This document shows positions 36,045 through 49,078 of a stretch of 64,000 bases of DNA, piece after piece. Below the pieces are notes generated by a model. The model was not told where the DNA came from. It worked only from the letters and a program-made list of their open reading frames with translations, and made no database searches. How positions within the stretch are numbered: position 1 is the stretch's first letter; each line of letters starts with the position of its first letter. Origin of the DNA: Hemiscyllium ocellatum (taxonomy: Eukaryota); NCBI RefSeq assembly GCF_020745735.1, contig NW_026867476.1, forward strand, positions 496,001 to 560,000, written 5' to 3'. The translations under genes and the position numbers were made by a program.

Positions 36045-36900
36045 ATAAGGAAGGGATAAAACTTACCCAGCGTTGCCCTCACCCTGAGAGACACCTTTGT
36101 GTGTGGCTGCATCAAGCTGTGCGTGGACGCTCGCTACATAAACACCGAGTGTCACTGTGCACCGAGGTTTTACCTTCCCACTGTGTTGTGATCGATGGGC
36201 CTGCCCTTGCTTCTATAGAATTCTCCAGGTCGTCGGACCATCCCGTGATACCACCTACCCTGCATCAATAAATTTGTAAATCGAAACATCTTTGACCACC
36301 AGGAAGTGGTTAGCACATAGCATCCTCCAGACCCTGAGTCAAAGGTGGATCCTGTCGGGTGGCTCCCTGAGCAGACTTTCAAGTAATTTGGCAAAATGCC
36401 TCATCACCACAACTTTCTACCAATCACCAAAACATCACAAGTAGTCTGGTGGTGAGAAGGACACTAACGGTCAGATCCACATTGCACACCCGGTCAGCCT
36501 GCACCACCGCACGCTGCCTTTGAAGTGGTTGCGGATAGTTTTTTACTGTTAGACATCTCCTTTTTCAATGTGCCTTTGCAAAGCAAGTCTGGAGGAAGTT
36601 GCAATGGTTTGTGTGAGGCTTCGCCCCGAGCAGCTCCATGACGCAGGGACATACACGGCGAACCGTCCGGTCAGTGAACGACGCTCTTTGTTCTGCCCGA
36701 AACGAGTTGGTCTTCCAGAACAAGGAATTGCCCCCGACTGAGTATTGCAGACTGACACATCCTTTACATGGTAAGGGGTGCACTAAAGCTTGAGGCAGCT
36801 GCCGCCGGGGTGCACTGGGGACAGACCACTGACTGAGCTCCTTCTGCTGAAGGTAAATGGGGGTCTGTTCTGTTAATGGAGCCTACTCATGACTTAAGAA
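36045..36900 (+). mobile_element. Tx1-clade LINE ORF2 3' fragment
   Basis: Degenerate translation includes RNELVFQNKELPPTEYCRLTH and FVCGCIKLCVD, resembling Tx1-type ORF2 C-termini (from memory, not searched). Confidence 0.6.
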
Positions 36901-37329
36901 TGAGAAAACATTAGTATTGTACTAGTAAGACAAATGTTGTTTTTTTTATATAGATTCAAAGATTTCTTGTCGCTTTTCCTACTTGATGGGCAACTGCATA
37001 GAACTGAATTGCTTTTCTGATAATGCATAGGCAGAGATTTTGAATGAATGAAGAATATTTTGAAATATAAAGGATGTTTATTTCTTCCTGTTATGTACAA
37101 CAGGAAGAGCGACATTGACAGCTCATTACAGTGAACCATTCTGTTAGCATCTGTCAGAAATCACTCTCCTCTGCCTCTCTCATGCACACACACCCACACA
37201 CACACTTCATTCATGTCCTTCTACTAAAGGATGCAATGCATTCTTTATACTGGTTCTGCAAGGATGTGGAATCTGATGAGTTTGGAGTAGAAATGGAATC
37301 ATGGTTAGTGTGGAAACTGGAAGGGTGTA

Positions 37330-37870
37330 GGGTATGAGGAACAGAATCAAGTCATTTGGCCCATCGAATCTGTCCTGCCATTTGATCATGTTACTCAAAC
37401 CAATTTTTCTGCCTTCTCACTGTAACCCTCGATTCCCTTATTAACCAAGAAGCTATCTATCTCTGTCTTAAACACACTCAATGAGTTGGTCTCCATTACT
37501 TCTAAATTCCATAGATTCTCCACCCTCTGGCTGAAGAACTTCCTCCTCATTTCAGTTCTGAAGGGTCACTCTATTCAGTCTTCTTGGTATTCTGGAAGTT
37601 TCAATCAGCTTCCCCATCCTTCTAAACTCTATCGAGTACAGATCCAGAGACTTCAAACACCTCTCATATGACATGCTATTTATCCTCAGATGATTCTTGG
37701 AAACTTCCTCTGAACCCCCTTCAGGGCCAGCACACCCTTCTTGAGAAATTGGGCTAAAAGATGCTCACAACATTCCAAACGCTGTCTGGCCAGTGCCTTA
37801 TACAGCCTCAATCATGCATCCCTACTCTTCCATTCTGGCATTCTCAAAATGAATGCCAATATTTAATTTG
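37330..37870 (-). mobile_element. CR1-group LINE 3' fragment
   Basis: ggaacagaatcaagtcatttggcccatcgaatctg...ttctccaccctctggctgaagaacttcctcctcat-type 3' region. Confidence 0.6.
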
Positions 37871-38419
37871 CCTTTCTAAATGCGAACTCATACCATCATA
37901 CAGCACTGAAACAAGGCCTTCAGTCCAACCCAGCTGTGCAGGACACACATCCCAATCTGATCGAGTCTCCCTTAGGTACGTGCTCAGCTGAATACATGTA
38001 CCAGTGTGTGGGTGCACGCACCTCTGTGCATATTATATCTGTGTGCTTGTATGTGTGTGTCTTTATGTTTCTATCTGTGTTTCTGTCTGTGTGCGTGTTC
38101 ATCTGTGTATGGCTGTGTTTCTACGTGTATCTATCATCGTGCCTTTCTGTCTGTGTATTCATTTCTGCACTTAGTTGGAGAAATGTGGGTGGAGGTTGGA
38201 TGAATTACCTCCCTGTTGCTCTGTCAGCTGAAACCAAATGACATAATGTCACCACCTGCTGGAGGATCGACGCTACTGCACAAGTGATGCCTGTTTAATC
38301 AGGAATGTTTATGAGGGCTCCTCTTGGGAATTTAACGTGGGTTACTTTCTGATTTTTGGGAGGAGCGGACCTAAAACTAAGGTCCATGGCTTAAAAGTAA
38401 GGAGGCATAATTTAAAACA

Positions 38420-40920
38420 GAGATGAGAGAAAGCGATTCAAGGGCAGCCAAATACATGGCACATTGTTGACTCTGCTGTAGAGGGAGGGAGAAAGAGGTA
38501 TAGAAATACTATAGTTGCAGTGGATTCCATCGTAAGGGAATAGATGGGCACTTTTGAGACTGAAAACAACAGTCCGGAATGGTTTGCTGTCTGCCTGGTT
38601 TTGGGATGCTCCATGTCTCAGAGCAGTTACAGGGCATTCTGGAGGGGGAGGGCAAATAGCCAGTAATCGCAGTACACCTTGGTACGAACGACACAGGAAA
38701 AAATACAAGGATGAGATCCCAAAAGCAGAGTATAGAGAACTAGGAAAAAAACTGGAAATGCTGTACCTCAAATGTACTTATCTCAGGATTGCTACCAGTG
38801 AAATGATCCAGTCACAATAGAAAAGCAGGATAAAAGCGATGAACACTTGGCTATAAGGATGGTGTGAGGGGGGTGTATCAGATTCGTAGGACATAGGGAC
38901 CGTTTCTGTGGCAGGTAGGACCTGTTCAGACTGAACTGGTCACACCTGGGCAGGTCCGGGACTGATTCCTTGGGGGTGGACTTGGTTATAACAAGTTGAG
39001 GAGGATTTAAACTCGTGTGATAGGGGAATCAGCGCCAGAGGAGTACAGCAGCAGGTGGACAAAGTTAGGGAGATGGGGAAACAATGGCAAAAATGACTAA
39101 CAACAAGAGCAGTCAGGGTAACCCTGCTGAAAAGAGCAGGGGAGGTAGTCTGAAATCTATATGCTTCATTGTCAGAGACATAATGGAAGGAATAAGGCCA
39201 GTCAGAAACTAAAGTGGGAAGTTGTGTGTGGAGATCACAAAGGTGCTAAACGAATATTTCACATCTGATTTCAGTCAGGAACAGGAGAATATTGTAGTTG
39301 GGAAGTCTGAGATACGGGTTATTCGTCTTGGAAGGGTTAACGTTAATAAGGAGGTGTTATCAATTACAGAAGGTGTGAAAGTAGATAAGTCCCTAAGGCC
39401 TGATGGGATCTTTCCGAGAAATCTCTGGGAAGCTTGGAGGAGATGGTGGTGCCTTTGGTCTTAATCTTTGAGTCGTCATGGTATACAGGTTTAGTGCCAG
39501 AGGACTGGAGGATTGCAAATGTCGTATCCTTGTTCAAGAAGGGCAGTAGACATGGCACAGGTAATTATAGACCAGTGAGCCTTACGTCTGTTGTAGTAAA
39601 ACATTTGGAATGTATTAAAAGAAATAGGATTTATAATCATCCAGCAAGCAATGATTTGATTGGAAACAGTCAACATGAATTCATCATGGTATCTCACAAA
39701 CCCCATTGTGTTTTTTGAGAAGGGGACCAAGCATGTGGATGAGGGTAGGCAGTTGACATGGTGTACATGGACTTATGTAAAGCCTTTGATAAGTTTCCGC
39801 ATATAGGCTATTGGATAAAATGTGAAGGCATGGATTGAAGGTGATTTAGCAGTTTGAATGAGAAACTGGCTTCCCATACGAAGGCAATGAGTTGTGATTG
39901 ATGGAAAGTGATCAGGCTGGAGTCCGGTTACTAATGGTGTGCTACAAGGATCTGTTTGGGATCATTGTTGTTTTTCATTTATTAATAAACGACTATGACA
40001 CAGCTATAGTTGAATTAGTCAGTAAGTTGGCAGATAATACTAAAGTCAGTGGAGTGGTGAACAGTGTGAAAGAATGTCACTGGGTGCAGGGAGACATGGA
40101 TTAACAGCAGAATTTGGCTGAAAGTTGGCAAATGGAGTTCAATGCAGATAAACGTGAGGTGATGGGAAGAATAGCATGAAGGCAGAATACAGGGTCAAAT
40201 GGAACATTCTTGGTAGCGTGGATATGCAGAGGAATCTTGGCGTCCATTTACATAGATCCCTGAAAGTTGTAACCCAGGTTGATAGGACAGTTAAGCAAGC
40301 ATACGTTGTATTTGGTTTCATTGGTATTGGGATTGAGTTCCGGAGCCGTGATGTCATGCTGCAACTGTACAAAATGCTGGTGCGGCCTCACTTGGAGAAT
40401 TGTGTGCAGTTCTGGTCGCCCCATTTCAGGAAGGATGCGGAAGCATTGGAAAAGGTGCAGAGGAAGTTTACCCAGGATATTCACTGGTCTGGAGCGAGGG
40501 TCTGATGAGGAAAGGCTGAGGGTCTTGGATCTGTTCTCATTGGAGAGAAGGCTAAGAGGGGATTTATGAGAGACATACAAGATGATCATAGGATTAGATA
40601 GGGTGGAGAATGGACGTCTTTTTCTGAGGATGATGACGTCTGCTTGTATATGGCAGTTCAGCTGCAAACTGAGGGGTGATAGATTTAAGACAGATGTCAG
40701 AGGCAGGTTCTTCACTCGGAGACTGGTAAGGGCGTGGAATGCCCCCACCTGAAAATATAGTTAACTCAGGTACATGAGGGACATTTAAACAGTCCTTGGA
40801 GAGGTATAGGGATGATGATGGGATAGTGTTGGGTGATGGGAATAGATTAGTTTACCAGGTGGGTTCCTCATAGAGGGCTGAAGGACCTGTCCTGCGCTGT
40901 ATTGTTCTATGTTCTAAGTA
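38420..40920 (+). mobile_element. Degenerate CR1 LINE (ORF1 esterase remnant, then ORF2 RT 3' half)
   Basis: gtggattccatcgtaagggaata (GDSIV-like) at ~38520; ORFs 39434 (NYRPVSLTSV), 39898 (LADNTK), 40176 (LVRPHLENCVQFWSPH). Confidence 0.85.
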
Positions 40921-43170
40921 GATGAACTTAGAGCTTTGGTTGCTACTTGGAACTATGACTTTCTGCAATTACAAAGACCTGGCTGTAGGAGGGACAGGAT
41001 TGACATCTCAATGTCCCAGGATTTAGATGTTTCAAGTGTGATAGATGGGGAGGTAAGAGGAATGGGGGAGTTGCATTACTGGTTTTGCTTAGAGGCAGCT
41101 CTTTGATGGTAAATACGCATCAAACATCTGGGAGTATTTCAAATGGTAGTTGATAAGAGTTCAGGAGTGTCGTGCTCCTGCAAGAACGAAGGAGAGGTAT
41201 GGGAAGTTATATGGATCACGGATAATCAGGGATGTTATGACCTTGGTCTAAAAAGGAAAAGGAAGCATACATAAGGTCTTGGAGGATGGGAACTGAGAAT
41301 GTCTTGATTTATTAAGAAGGAAATTAAGAAAGAATTCAAACAAGGAATTAGAAGGGCTTGAAACAGCACATCAAAAGTCATCGGTCAACAGGGTTAAGGA
41401 GAATTCCAACGCATTTTGTTCAAATTTAAAACATAAGAGGATAGCCATTGAAAGGGTTCATATACTTAAGGACAAAGGAGGAAGTCTATTTGTGGAGCCA
41501 GGAGACGTTGGTGAGGTCATTAACCAGTACTTTGTGTTTGTATTCATGAAAGGGAAGGAAATGATGGAGGCTGTGTCAAGTTTCTAAGCCCGATTGGTAT
41601 TTAAAAGCAAGAGGTATTGTGTGCCTGAAAAAGCATGAAAGAAGGTAGGTCCTCAGGACCTGATTGGATTGACCCCAGAATATCCAGGGAGGCAAATGAA
41701 CAACATGCATTGGCAGACATCCTTGTATGCTCTTTCGAAACAGGTATGATCCAAAGGACTGCAGAATAGAAAATGTCGTCCCATTGTCTAAACGTAGTAG
41801 CAGGGATAATGCAGGAAATTACAGGCCTGCAAGCCTCACGTCAGTGGGAAGGAAATGATAAACACATTCTCAGGAACACGATCTTTACGTATTCAGAAGC
41901 AATTGGACTGGTTAGCTTGGGACAGCATGGTTTTGTGCAGGGGAGGTTGTGCCTCACTAACTTGTTTGAGTTTTTTGAGGAGGTAATGAAGATGACTGAT
42001 GAGAGAAATGCAGTTTGTGTTGTCTACATGGACTGAAGTAAAGCCTTTCACAAGGGTCCTCATGACAGACTGGTAGAAGAGATCAAATCACATTGCATTA
42101 AGGTGAGCTGGCAAAACGGATACCGAACTGGCTTAGTCATAGGACACCGAGGGTAGCTGCAGAAGGATGCTTTATGGAATGGAGACTTGTGGCGAGTGGG
42201 GTTGCACATGGATCAATGCTCTGACCTCTGCTCATCGCGGTCTACATGAATGATTTGGAAGAAAACGTGGCCGGTCTAATCAGTAAGTTTGAGGATCGTA
42301 CAAATATTGTTGGGGATTGTCAGAGAATATTCGCAGGGTACACATCAAATGGAGGCATGGAGAGGAAAAAGCGAGTTTTATTTGGACAGATGTGAGGCGA
42401 TGAGTTTTGCAAGGTCACGTACAGGTGGAAATTATGAAGTGAATGGCAGAACCTGTAGGAGTCTGGATATGTCGAGGTATCTGGGTATGCAGGTCCACAG
42501 ATCACTGAAGGTGGCAGTGCGGGTAGACAAGGTAGCAAAACAAAAAGGCCTGTGGCAGTCTTACCTTCAATAGTAGGGACAATGAATATAAGGATAGAAA
42601 GGTGGGCTGCATCGTTATAGAACATCAGTTCAGGCACACTTGAAAAATTGATACTGTTTTGGTACCCACACTACCAGAGGGATGTGGACGCAGAAGAGAG
42701 GGTACAGAAAAGGTTTACAATGATGTTGCCTGACGAGGGGGAATTTTAGCTGTAAAGAAAGGTTGGAAAGACTGGGTTTGTTTTCAACGGAGCACTGGAG
42801 GTTGAGGGGCGAACTGATAGATGTTTTGATATTGTAAATGACATGGATAGAGTTGAAAGTATGAGGCCTTCTCCCAGGGTGGAGGGCTCAAGTAATACAG
42901 GCACACATGTTCAAGGTGCGAGGGGAGTTTTAAGAGAGATGTGCGAAGCATCTTTTCACTCACAGGATGATGAGTGCCTGGAATACGCTGATGGAGAAGG
43001 TGATGGAAGTACGGGCAGCAGCAGCATCCAAGAAGCCCCTGGATGAAGACATGAATAGGACAGGAGTTGAGGGATATACAGATCCTGTGAGTGAAGACAG
43101 TTTTAATATGGAAGTGCAAAATGTGGTACCACAGGCTTGGTGGGCCGAAGGGCCTGTCCCCCTGCTGTAA
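40920..43170 (+). mobile_element. Second degenerate CR1 LINE ORF2
   Basis: ORF 41773 (HGFVQGRLCLTNLFEFF), ORF 42289, and 3' tail gggccgaagggcctgt at ~43140. Confidence 0.8.
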
Positions 43171-44647
43171 TGTGCTTTGGAAACTGTCTCCAATGCCAGT
43201 ATATCGTTCCTTAGCAAAAGGGGCCCAAAACTGTTCACAACATTCCAGCTACAGTCTGTAGAGTAACTTTGACACTTTCTAAAATAATCTGTGTTAATAT
43301 AATCAACTTTTTTGGAGAAAGGTCCAACAGTATTCCAAATAGGATTGCAACTGAGGAAGCAATCCAGAATTTTTAAAAAATCTTTCTTAGCTTCCTTGAA
43401 CAAACTGGAGTGACTTCCCTGGAAATATAAATTCTTCAGAATCCCCTCACATCGATTTTCACTCATGGTCAATGCATTCCGAGATATGGGATTCTCACGG
43501 TTTTCCCTCTTTGGCCCAACATTCCCTGGAGAAACACCAGCCACTTTTACCAGCACTGATCTACTTATAGGATAAAAAAAAGAAACTTGGATACTATTAG
43601 TCAGAAAACAAACGCAGAAATCGTAGGAAAACCTCAGCAGTTTCTGAGGAACGGTCACTTGACCCAAAATGTTAATTGATTTCTCTCCACAGTTGCTGCT
43701 GGACCTGCTGAGCTTTTCCAGCAATTTCTGCTCTCTTTTGTTTACTATACAGCACGGAAACAGCTCCTTCGGTCCAACCAGTCCATGACAAACATAACCC
43801 CAAACTAGCCCCAAATGCCTGCTCCTGGTCCATATCCCTCCAAACCTGTCCTATTCATGTGCTTATCTATGTCTCTTTTAATCATTGCAACTGCACTTGC
43901 ATCTACCACACCCTCAGCATGTTCATTCCAAATGTAAACCACCCACTCTCTGAAAAGATTGCCCCTCATTTTTCTTTCAAAGTCCTTTTCCTTTTAGATC
44001 TCCAGCAATTTGACTTTAAATGTCCCACCCTATAACAGTGAAAACATATCAGTTCTACTGACTCAGTTCCATCCTCTGCACTAGCTTTGAAGACAGGACC
44101 ATGGAGTGGACATTACAATCAGATCTGTCACGATTTATCACATGGCAGCGTGAACGCGAAATGTTCAAACGGCCCTCCTCCTCCTCGTTCACTGTTCCGA
44201 TGAATGACAGCTTTCTCCCGTCACAAGTCTCTTTGCCCTTCACTGAGAGGGTCACTGGAGAGTTCCTCGTTCAGCTCCAGGCACAGCCAATTTTCCAACT
44301 TCTTGGCTCCTCAGCGTCGCCAGATGAGCTGCTGACCTCACAACTCGTTGAGCACTTTTTGTGAGAAGCGCTCACCTGAGTATAACAAAACAATCTGACC
44401 GTCTCCGTGCCAACTACTGGAGAAAATGAAATGCAAACCGAATATCTTTCACTTTCCAAACCTCCACTTCATTCAGTGATCCAGGTGAAATTCGACACAT
44501 CATTTCACTGGAAACGAAGTGGTGTGAGCGGCCAGTACCGCTGAAAGGAAATCTCTGAACCTCCCACTTCAGCAACTGTCAGAATGAACGTGGTTCAGTC
44601 CTGGATGTGATTAGCCGCAGCAAGAACAGCACCATGCACTGCTGTGA

Positions 44648-45322
44648 TCACTTGTGAACTCGCTGGTGTCTCTGCAGGCTGGACAACCGAGTGAATTCCT
44701 TCCCACACTGAGGGCAGGTGAATGGTCTCGCCCCAGTGTGGATCCGCTGGTGGAGCAGCAGGTTGGACGATTGAGTGAATTCTTTCCCACAGTCGGAGCA
44801 GGTGAACGGCCTCTCCCCGGTGTGAACTCGCTGGTGCGTTTGCAGGTTGAATAACCGGGTGAATCGCTTCCCACACTTGGAACAAACGAACGGCCGCTCC
44901 CCAGTGTGAATACGCTGGTGGGTGAGCAGGGTGGATGACTGAGTAAATCCTTTCCCGCACTCGCAGCAAGTGAACGGACGCTCCCCGGTGTGAACCCGCT
45001 TGTGTCTCAGCAGACTGGTCGAATCGGTGAATCCCTTCCCGCATTCAGAGCAGGGGAATGGCCTCGCCTGGGTGTGAACCCGCTGGTGAGTCAGCAGGGT
45101 GGATATATCAGTGAATCCCTTCCCACACTCGGAGCAGGTGAACGGCCTCTCCACAGCGTGGACTTGCCGGTGTCTCAGCAGGTTGGACAGAGCACTGAAT
45201 CCTTTCTCACACACCGAACAGGTGAATGGCCTCTCCCCAGTGTGACTGCGCTGGTGGATCTCGACGGCAGATGGGGAACAGAATGCCTTCCCGCAGTCCG
45301 CACATTTCCAGGATTTATTCAT
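44648..45322 (-). CDS. C2H2 zinc-finger protein, 8 tandem fingers, no KRAB seen (single coding exon; acceptor near 45624)
   Basis: Open 224-aa ORF with 8 CxxC-x12-HxxxH units and TGERPF linkers. Confidence 0.9.
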   Translation of the reverse strand: MNKSWKCADCGKAFCSPSAVEIHQRSHTGERPFTCSVCEKGFSALSNLLRHRQVHAVERPFTCSECGKGFTDISTLLTHQRVHTQARPFPCSECGKGFTDSTSLLRHKRVHTGERPFTCCECGKGFTQSSTLLTHQRIHTGERPFVCSKCGKRFTRLFNLQTHQRVHTGERPFTCSDCGKEFTQSSNLLLHQRIHTGARPFTCPQCGKEFTRLSSLQRHQRVHK

Positions 45323-46029
45323 GCTGGGAATGCCTCTCCAGGCTTAACAGTGAGGTGCAGGCTTGTGCACACACAGAACGTATGTCTGGTTTCTTCTGTG
45401 CTGTGTATTGTATGATTTTCTTTCAGGCTGTTTAACTAGTTAAAGTGTTTGTCACTGTTGGTGCACTGAAACACTCTCCCTCAAGTGTCTCTCAGAATTC
45501 CGTCTCCGCTCACATTGATTTTTAAAACCTTTTGGTGCAGATAGAACAGTGAATCACAATTCCATCAGATCTTGCTGTGATGTTAGTTTCAGATTTCTTC
45601 CAACAAATCCTCCCCTTTTATTTCCTGGAAAAAGCAGTTTTAAAAAATCATCACCATCAGTGCAGGATTAAAAAAAAAAGAAACCAAATCTTCTATTTCA
45701 TGCTGACAGATTTCTGCTCACTGGTAGTGTGCTCTCGGTGAGCTAAAGGCCCTCCCTTATACTGTGTGATTTTACGTTTGCTTCCTATCAGGCTCCAAGT
45801 ACCTAACAGGCTCTTTAAGGTCTCATCAAAGCGATTACAAGAAGTCCTGTGTCTTTCACGATGTAACTAATTTATTGAGTTAAATGCTTAATACTTACAT
45901 GAATTAATATTATCGATACACCCCAACAGGCTGAAGTCCAATACTTCTTAAGCCCAACACTATTGCTGCTCTCCAAGATTTACATGCACATTACTGGACT
46001 AAAAATATACAATTTATTGGATTGTACCA

Positions 46030-46435
46030 GAGTAATAGAGGCCTAGAGATGTACAGCATGGAAACAGACCCTTTGGTCCAACCCATCCATGCCAACCAGA
46101 TATCCCAACCCAATCTAGTCACCTACCAGCACCCGGCCCATATCCCTTCAAACCCTTCCTACTCATATACCCATCCAAATGCCTCTTAAATGTTACAATT
46201 GTACCAGCCTCCACCACTTCCTCTGGCAGCTTATTCCATACCATACCACCCTCTGGGTGAAAAAGTTGCCCCATAGGTCTCTTTTATATCTTTCCCCTCT
46301 CACCCTAAACCTTTGCCCTCTAGTTCTGGACTCCCTGACCCCAGGGAAAAGACTTTGCCTATTTACCCTATCCATGCCCCTCATATTTTTGTAAACCTCG
46401 ATAAAGTCATCCCTCATCCTCCGACGCTCCAGGGA
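46030..46435 (-). mobile_element. CR1 LINE 3' end
   Basis: ORF 46193-46486 FSLERRRMRDDFIEVYK...GNFFTQRVV; tail cagcatggaaacagacccttt. Confidence 0.85.
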
Positions 46436-46479
46436 AAACCGAGCTGGTGGGACATCAGGGAGAAGTTTAGGCATCAATT

Positions 46480-47430
46480 GGAACACATTACATAGTGAAA
46501 ACGATTTTCTAAGATGACAACGGGATCTTGCTCAAAGGTTTATTGGGCTGAAAAACGGCAGATGGCTTCAATTTTGATAAATGCGAGCTATTGGATTTTG
46601 TTACAAGAAAAATGGGTAGGACTTATTTGATTAATGGTAGGGCCTTGAGTATTGTTGTATAACAGAAGGACCAAGGGGTACAAATGCATAATTCTTTAAA
46701 GTTTGCATCACATATAGACAGGGTGGTTAAAAAGGTATTTGCCATGCTTGCCTTCACATGTACAATATGGTTGTCGCACACACAAGACACCACACCAGTT
46801 TGCAACACATATAGACCGGGTGCTTTAGCACACTTGCCTTCATTGCTCCATCCCTTTGAGTATAAGAAACATGGCACATCATGTTGAGGTTTTACATGAC
46901 ATTGGTGAGGCCTCTTCTGGAGTACTGTATCCAGTTCTGATCACCCTGTCACAGAAAGGATATTATTAAGCTGGAAAAGGTTCAGAATAGATTTACCAGG
47001 CTATTGCTGGGTATGGAAGGTCTGAGTTTTAAAGAAAGACTTGGATAGACTGGGACATTTTTCACTGGACTGGAGGAGGTTGAGGAGCGACCGCATCGAG
47101 GTTTGTAAAATCCTAAGGGGGTAACCCTAGTAAGTGTCTTTTCCCTAGGATGAGAGATATCAAGACCAGGATGTGCATTTTTAAAGTGAGAGGAGAGAGA
47201 TTTTTAAAAAAATACATGGGGCTTTTTTTTCACACAGAGGATGGTTCACATATAGAGTGAACTTCCTGTGGAAGCGATGTGGACCAAGTGATAATGTTTA
47301 AAAGATAAAGTACATGAATAGGAATACATGGAGGGATAGGGGCCAGGAGAAGGCAGGTGAGACCACTTTACTTTGGGATTATGTTCACAATGGACGGATT
47401 AGATGAACGGGACTGTTTCCATGCTGTATG
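46480..47430 (+). mobile_element. CR1 LINE 3' portion (degenerate)
   Basis: ttggtgaggcctcttctggagtactgtatccagttctg and the downstream tether region, ending at atgctgtatgcctcc. Confidence 0.8.
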
Positions 47431-48129
47431 CCTCCGTGATTACCAATCGACATGAGGTTGGTAGAATTGGCAATTATTGCAAACAATTGATTCAAAATTT
47501 TGAAAAATTCAACAATGACTTCAAAATAAAGTTTGACGAGCAGTTGAGGGACATGAACGTGCAGGGTGAGAGGGGATATAGAGAGAGGGAATAAGAGTGA
47601 CTGGCTAGCTTAAGAGTCAGCATGGATTCTAGTGCCATAACAAGTCCATCATTAAAATAGGGAATTTCGAAACAATTCTCATTCAAGAGTAGAAACAATA
47701 ACACGAATGTTATAACTGAATGATATCAAATGCGTACAATATAGTACAATGATTAATGTCATTTTCCTATAACGCCTCATTACATGTCATCTCGTTTCTG
47801 GGAAACCACTCCTTTTAATTGTGAACATTAAGAAAAAGACACCATTCTGTTAGCCAGACAAACAAACGTGTCAAGCTAAAGGAGGTCTTCTCCAGAACGG
47901 GAGATTTGGGCCAAACCTTTCAGAGTCTGCACCCTCTCTGGGTTCATTTTCCTACTCTTCAATTCTTGCAAATAAACAATTTAATGAGTAAAAAAAATGA
48001 GGAGTAGAAAAAGAAAATAATGTTAATGCTCACAGATGATGGACAAAGGAAGAATTTGCAGTCTGGGTGAAGCTCAATCTTCTTCCAGTCACAGAGCAGC
48101 AACAAAACCACCTTCAGTAACTCAGCATC

Positions 48130-48360
48130 CCATGTCCGCATTCAGACAATAGCAACATTCTGATTGGCTGGAGGACCAGCTTGCTTCCGGTCCTCCAAGG
48201 TTCCCTATTGGGCAGCGATGCATCTCGTCAGCTGAGAAAACGCGGCGCGCTCACCCCCCACTTCGACATGCGCAATTCCGGGCCACCGCCTGGGTGGCGC
48301 ATAGAGCGGTTTCACTGGCGCGGTGTCTTGTGGGTGCTACGGCCATATTATGCAAGAGGT
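48130..48360 (-). promoter_or_regulatory. Probable CpG-rich promoter of ZNF gene 1
   Basis: CCAAT boxes on the minus strand (attgg at 48163 and 48207) in a local CpG-rich patch upstream of the ZNF exon; transcription start not verifiable. Confidence 0.5.
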
Positions 48361-48486
48361 GACACACACACACACACACACACACACTCAAAAATCACAC
48401 GGCACTGGATTCCAGTCCAACAGGTCACGACTCAAGGACGAAAATTGGAAACGTAGTCACCCAATAAAGGACTTCTGTATTAGAGC

Positions 48487-49078
48487 GTATTACTTCCCCC
48501 TCCAACTCTATTTTGATTTAGTCCCTGCCCTCCCCTTCACTGTTTGTTCACACAGCATTGCCCTTTGATGTGAAGGGCACTGCTTGTCACAGGCCACTCG
48601 GGTGTTTTCCTACTTTTCCTGGTGGTGGATATTGAATAAAGATTTGTGCACTTTGCATCTCTCACTGTGTCTCACAAACTACACACACACACCATGGGTG
48701 CTGGGGAAAATAAGCACTACCGCAGTTAGGCGGTAGTGTGGGGGTAAAAAAAAAGGAAAAAAAAGAAAAAAGAAGAAAAAAAAGAAAAAATATTACTTCC
48801 CCCTCCAACTCTATTTTGATTTAATCCCTGCCCTCCCCTTCACTGTTTAATCACGCAGCACTGCCCCTCTGTGAAGGGCACTGCTCGTCACTGGCCACTT
48901 GAGTGTTGCCTTTCTTCGAGGTGGTAGATATTGAATAAATATTTGTACACCTGTTGTCTTTCACTGTGTCTCACACCTGCACACACACACACACACATAC
49001 ACACAACAGGGGTGCTGGGGAAACTATAAGCACTACCGCAGTTAGATAGTAGTATGGGGGTAGTAAAGATAAAAAAAG
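48487..49078 (+). repeat. Two tandem ~290-bp direct repeats (48487-48760, 48791-49078) with AATAAA, (CA)n, terminal stem-loop and A-rich tail
   Basis: Both units begin tattacttccccctccaactctattttgatt and end ...aagcactaccgcagttag...gggg plus A-run. Confidence 0.85.

Noticed and set aside
42960-43814. 284-aa minus-strand ORF
   Set aside because: Crosses several unrelated TE fragments and has no recognisable domain; likely a chance open frame.
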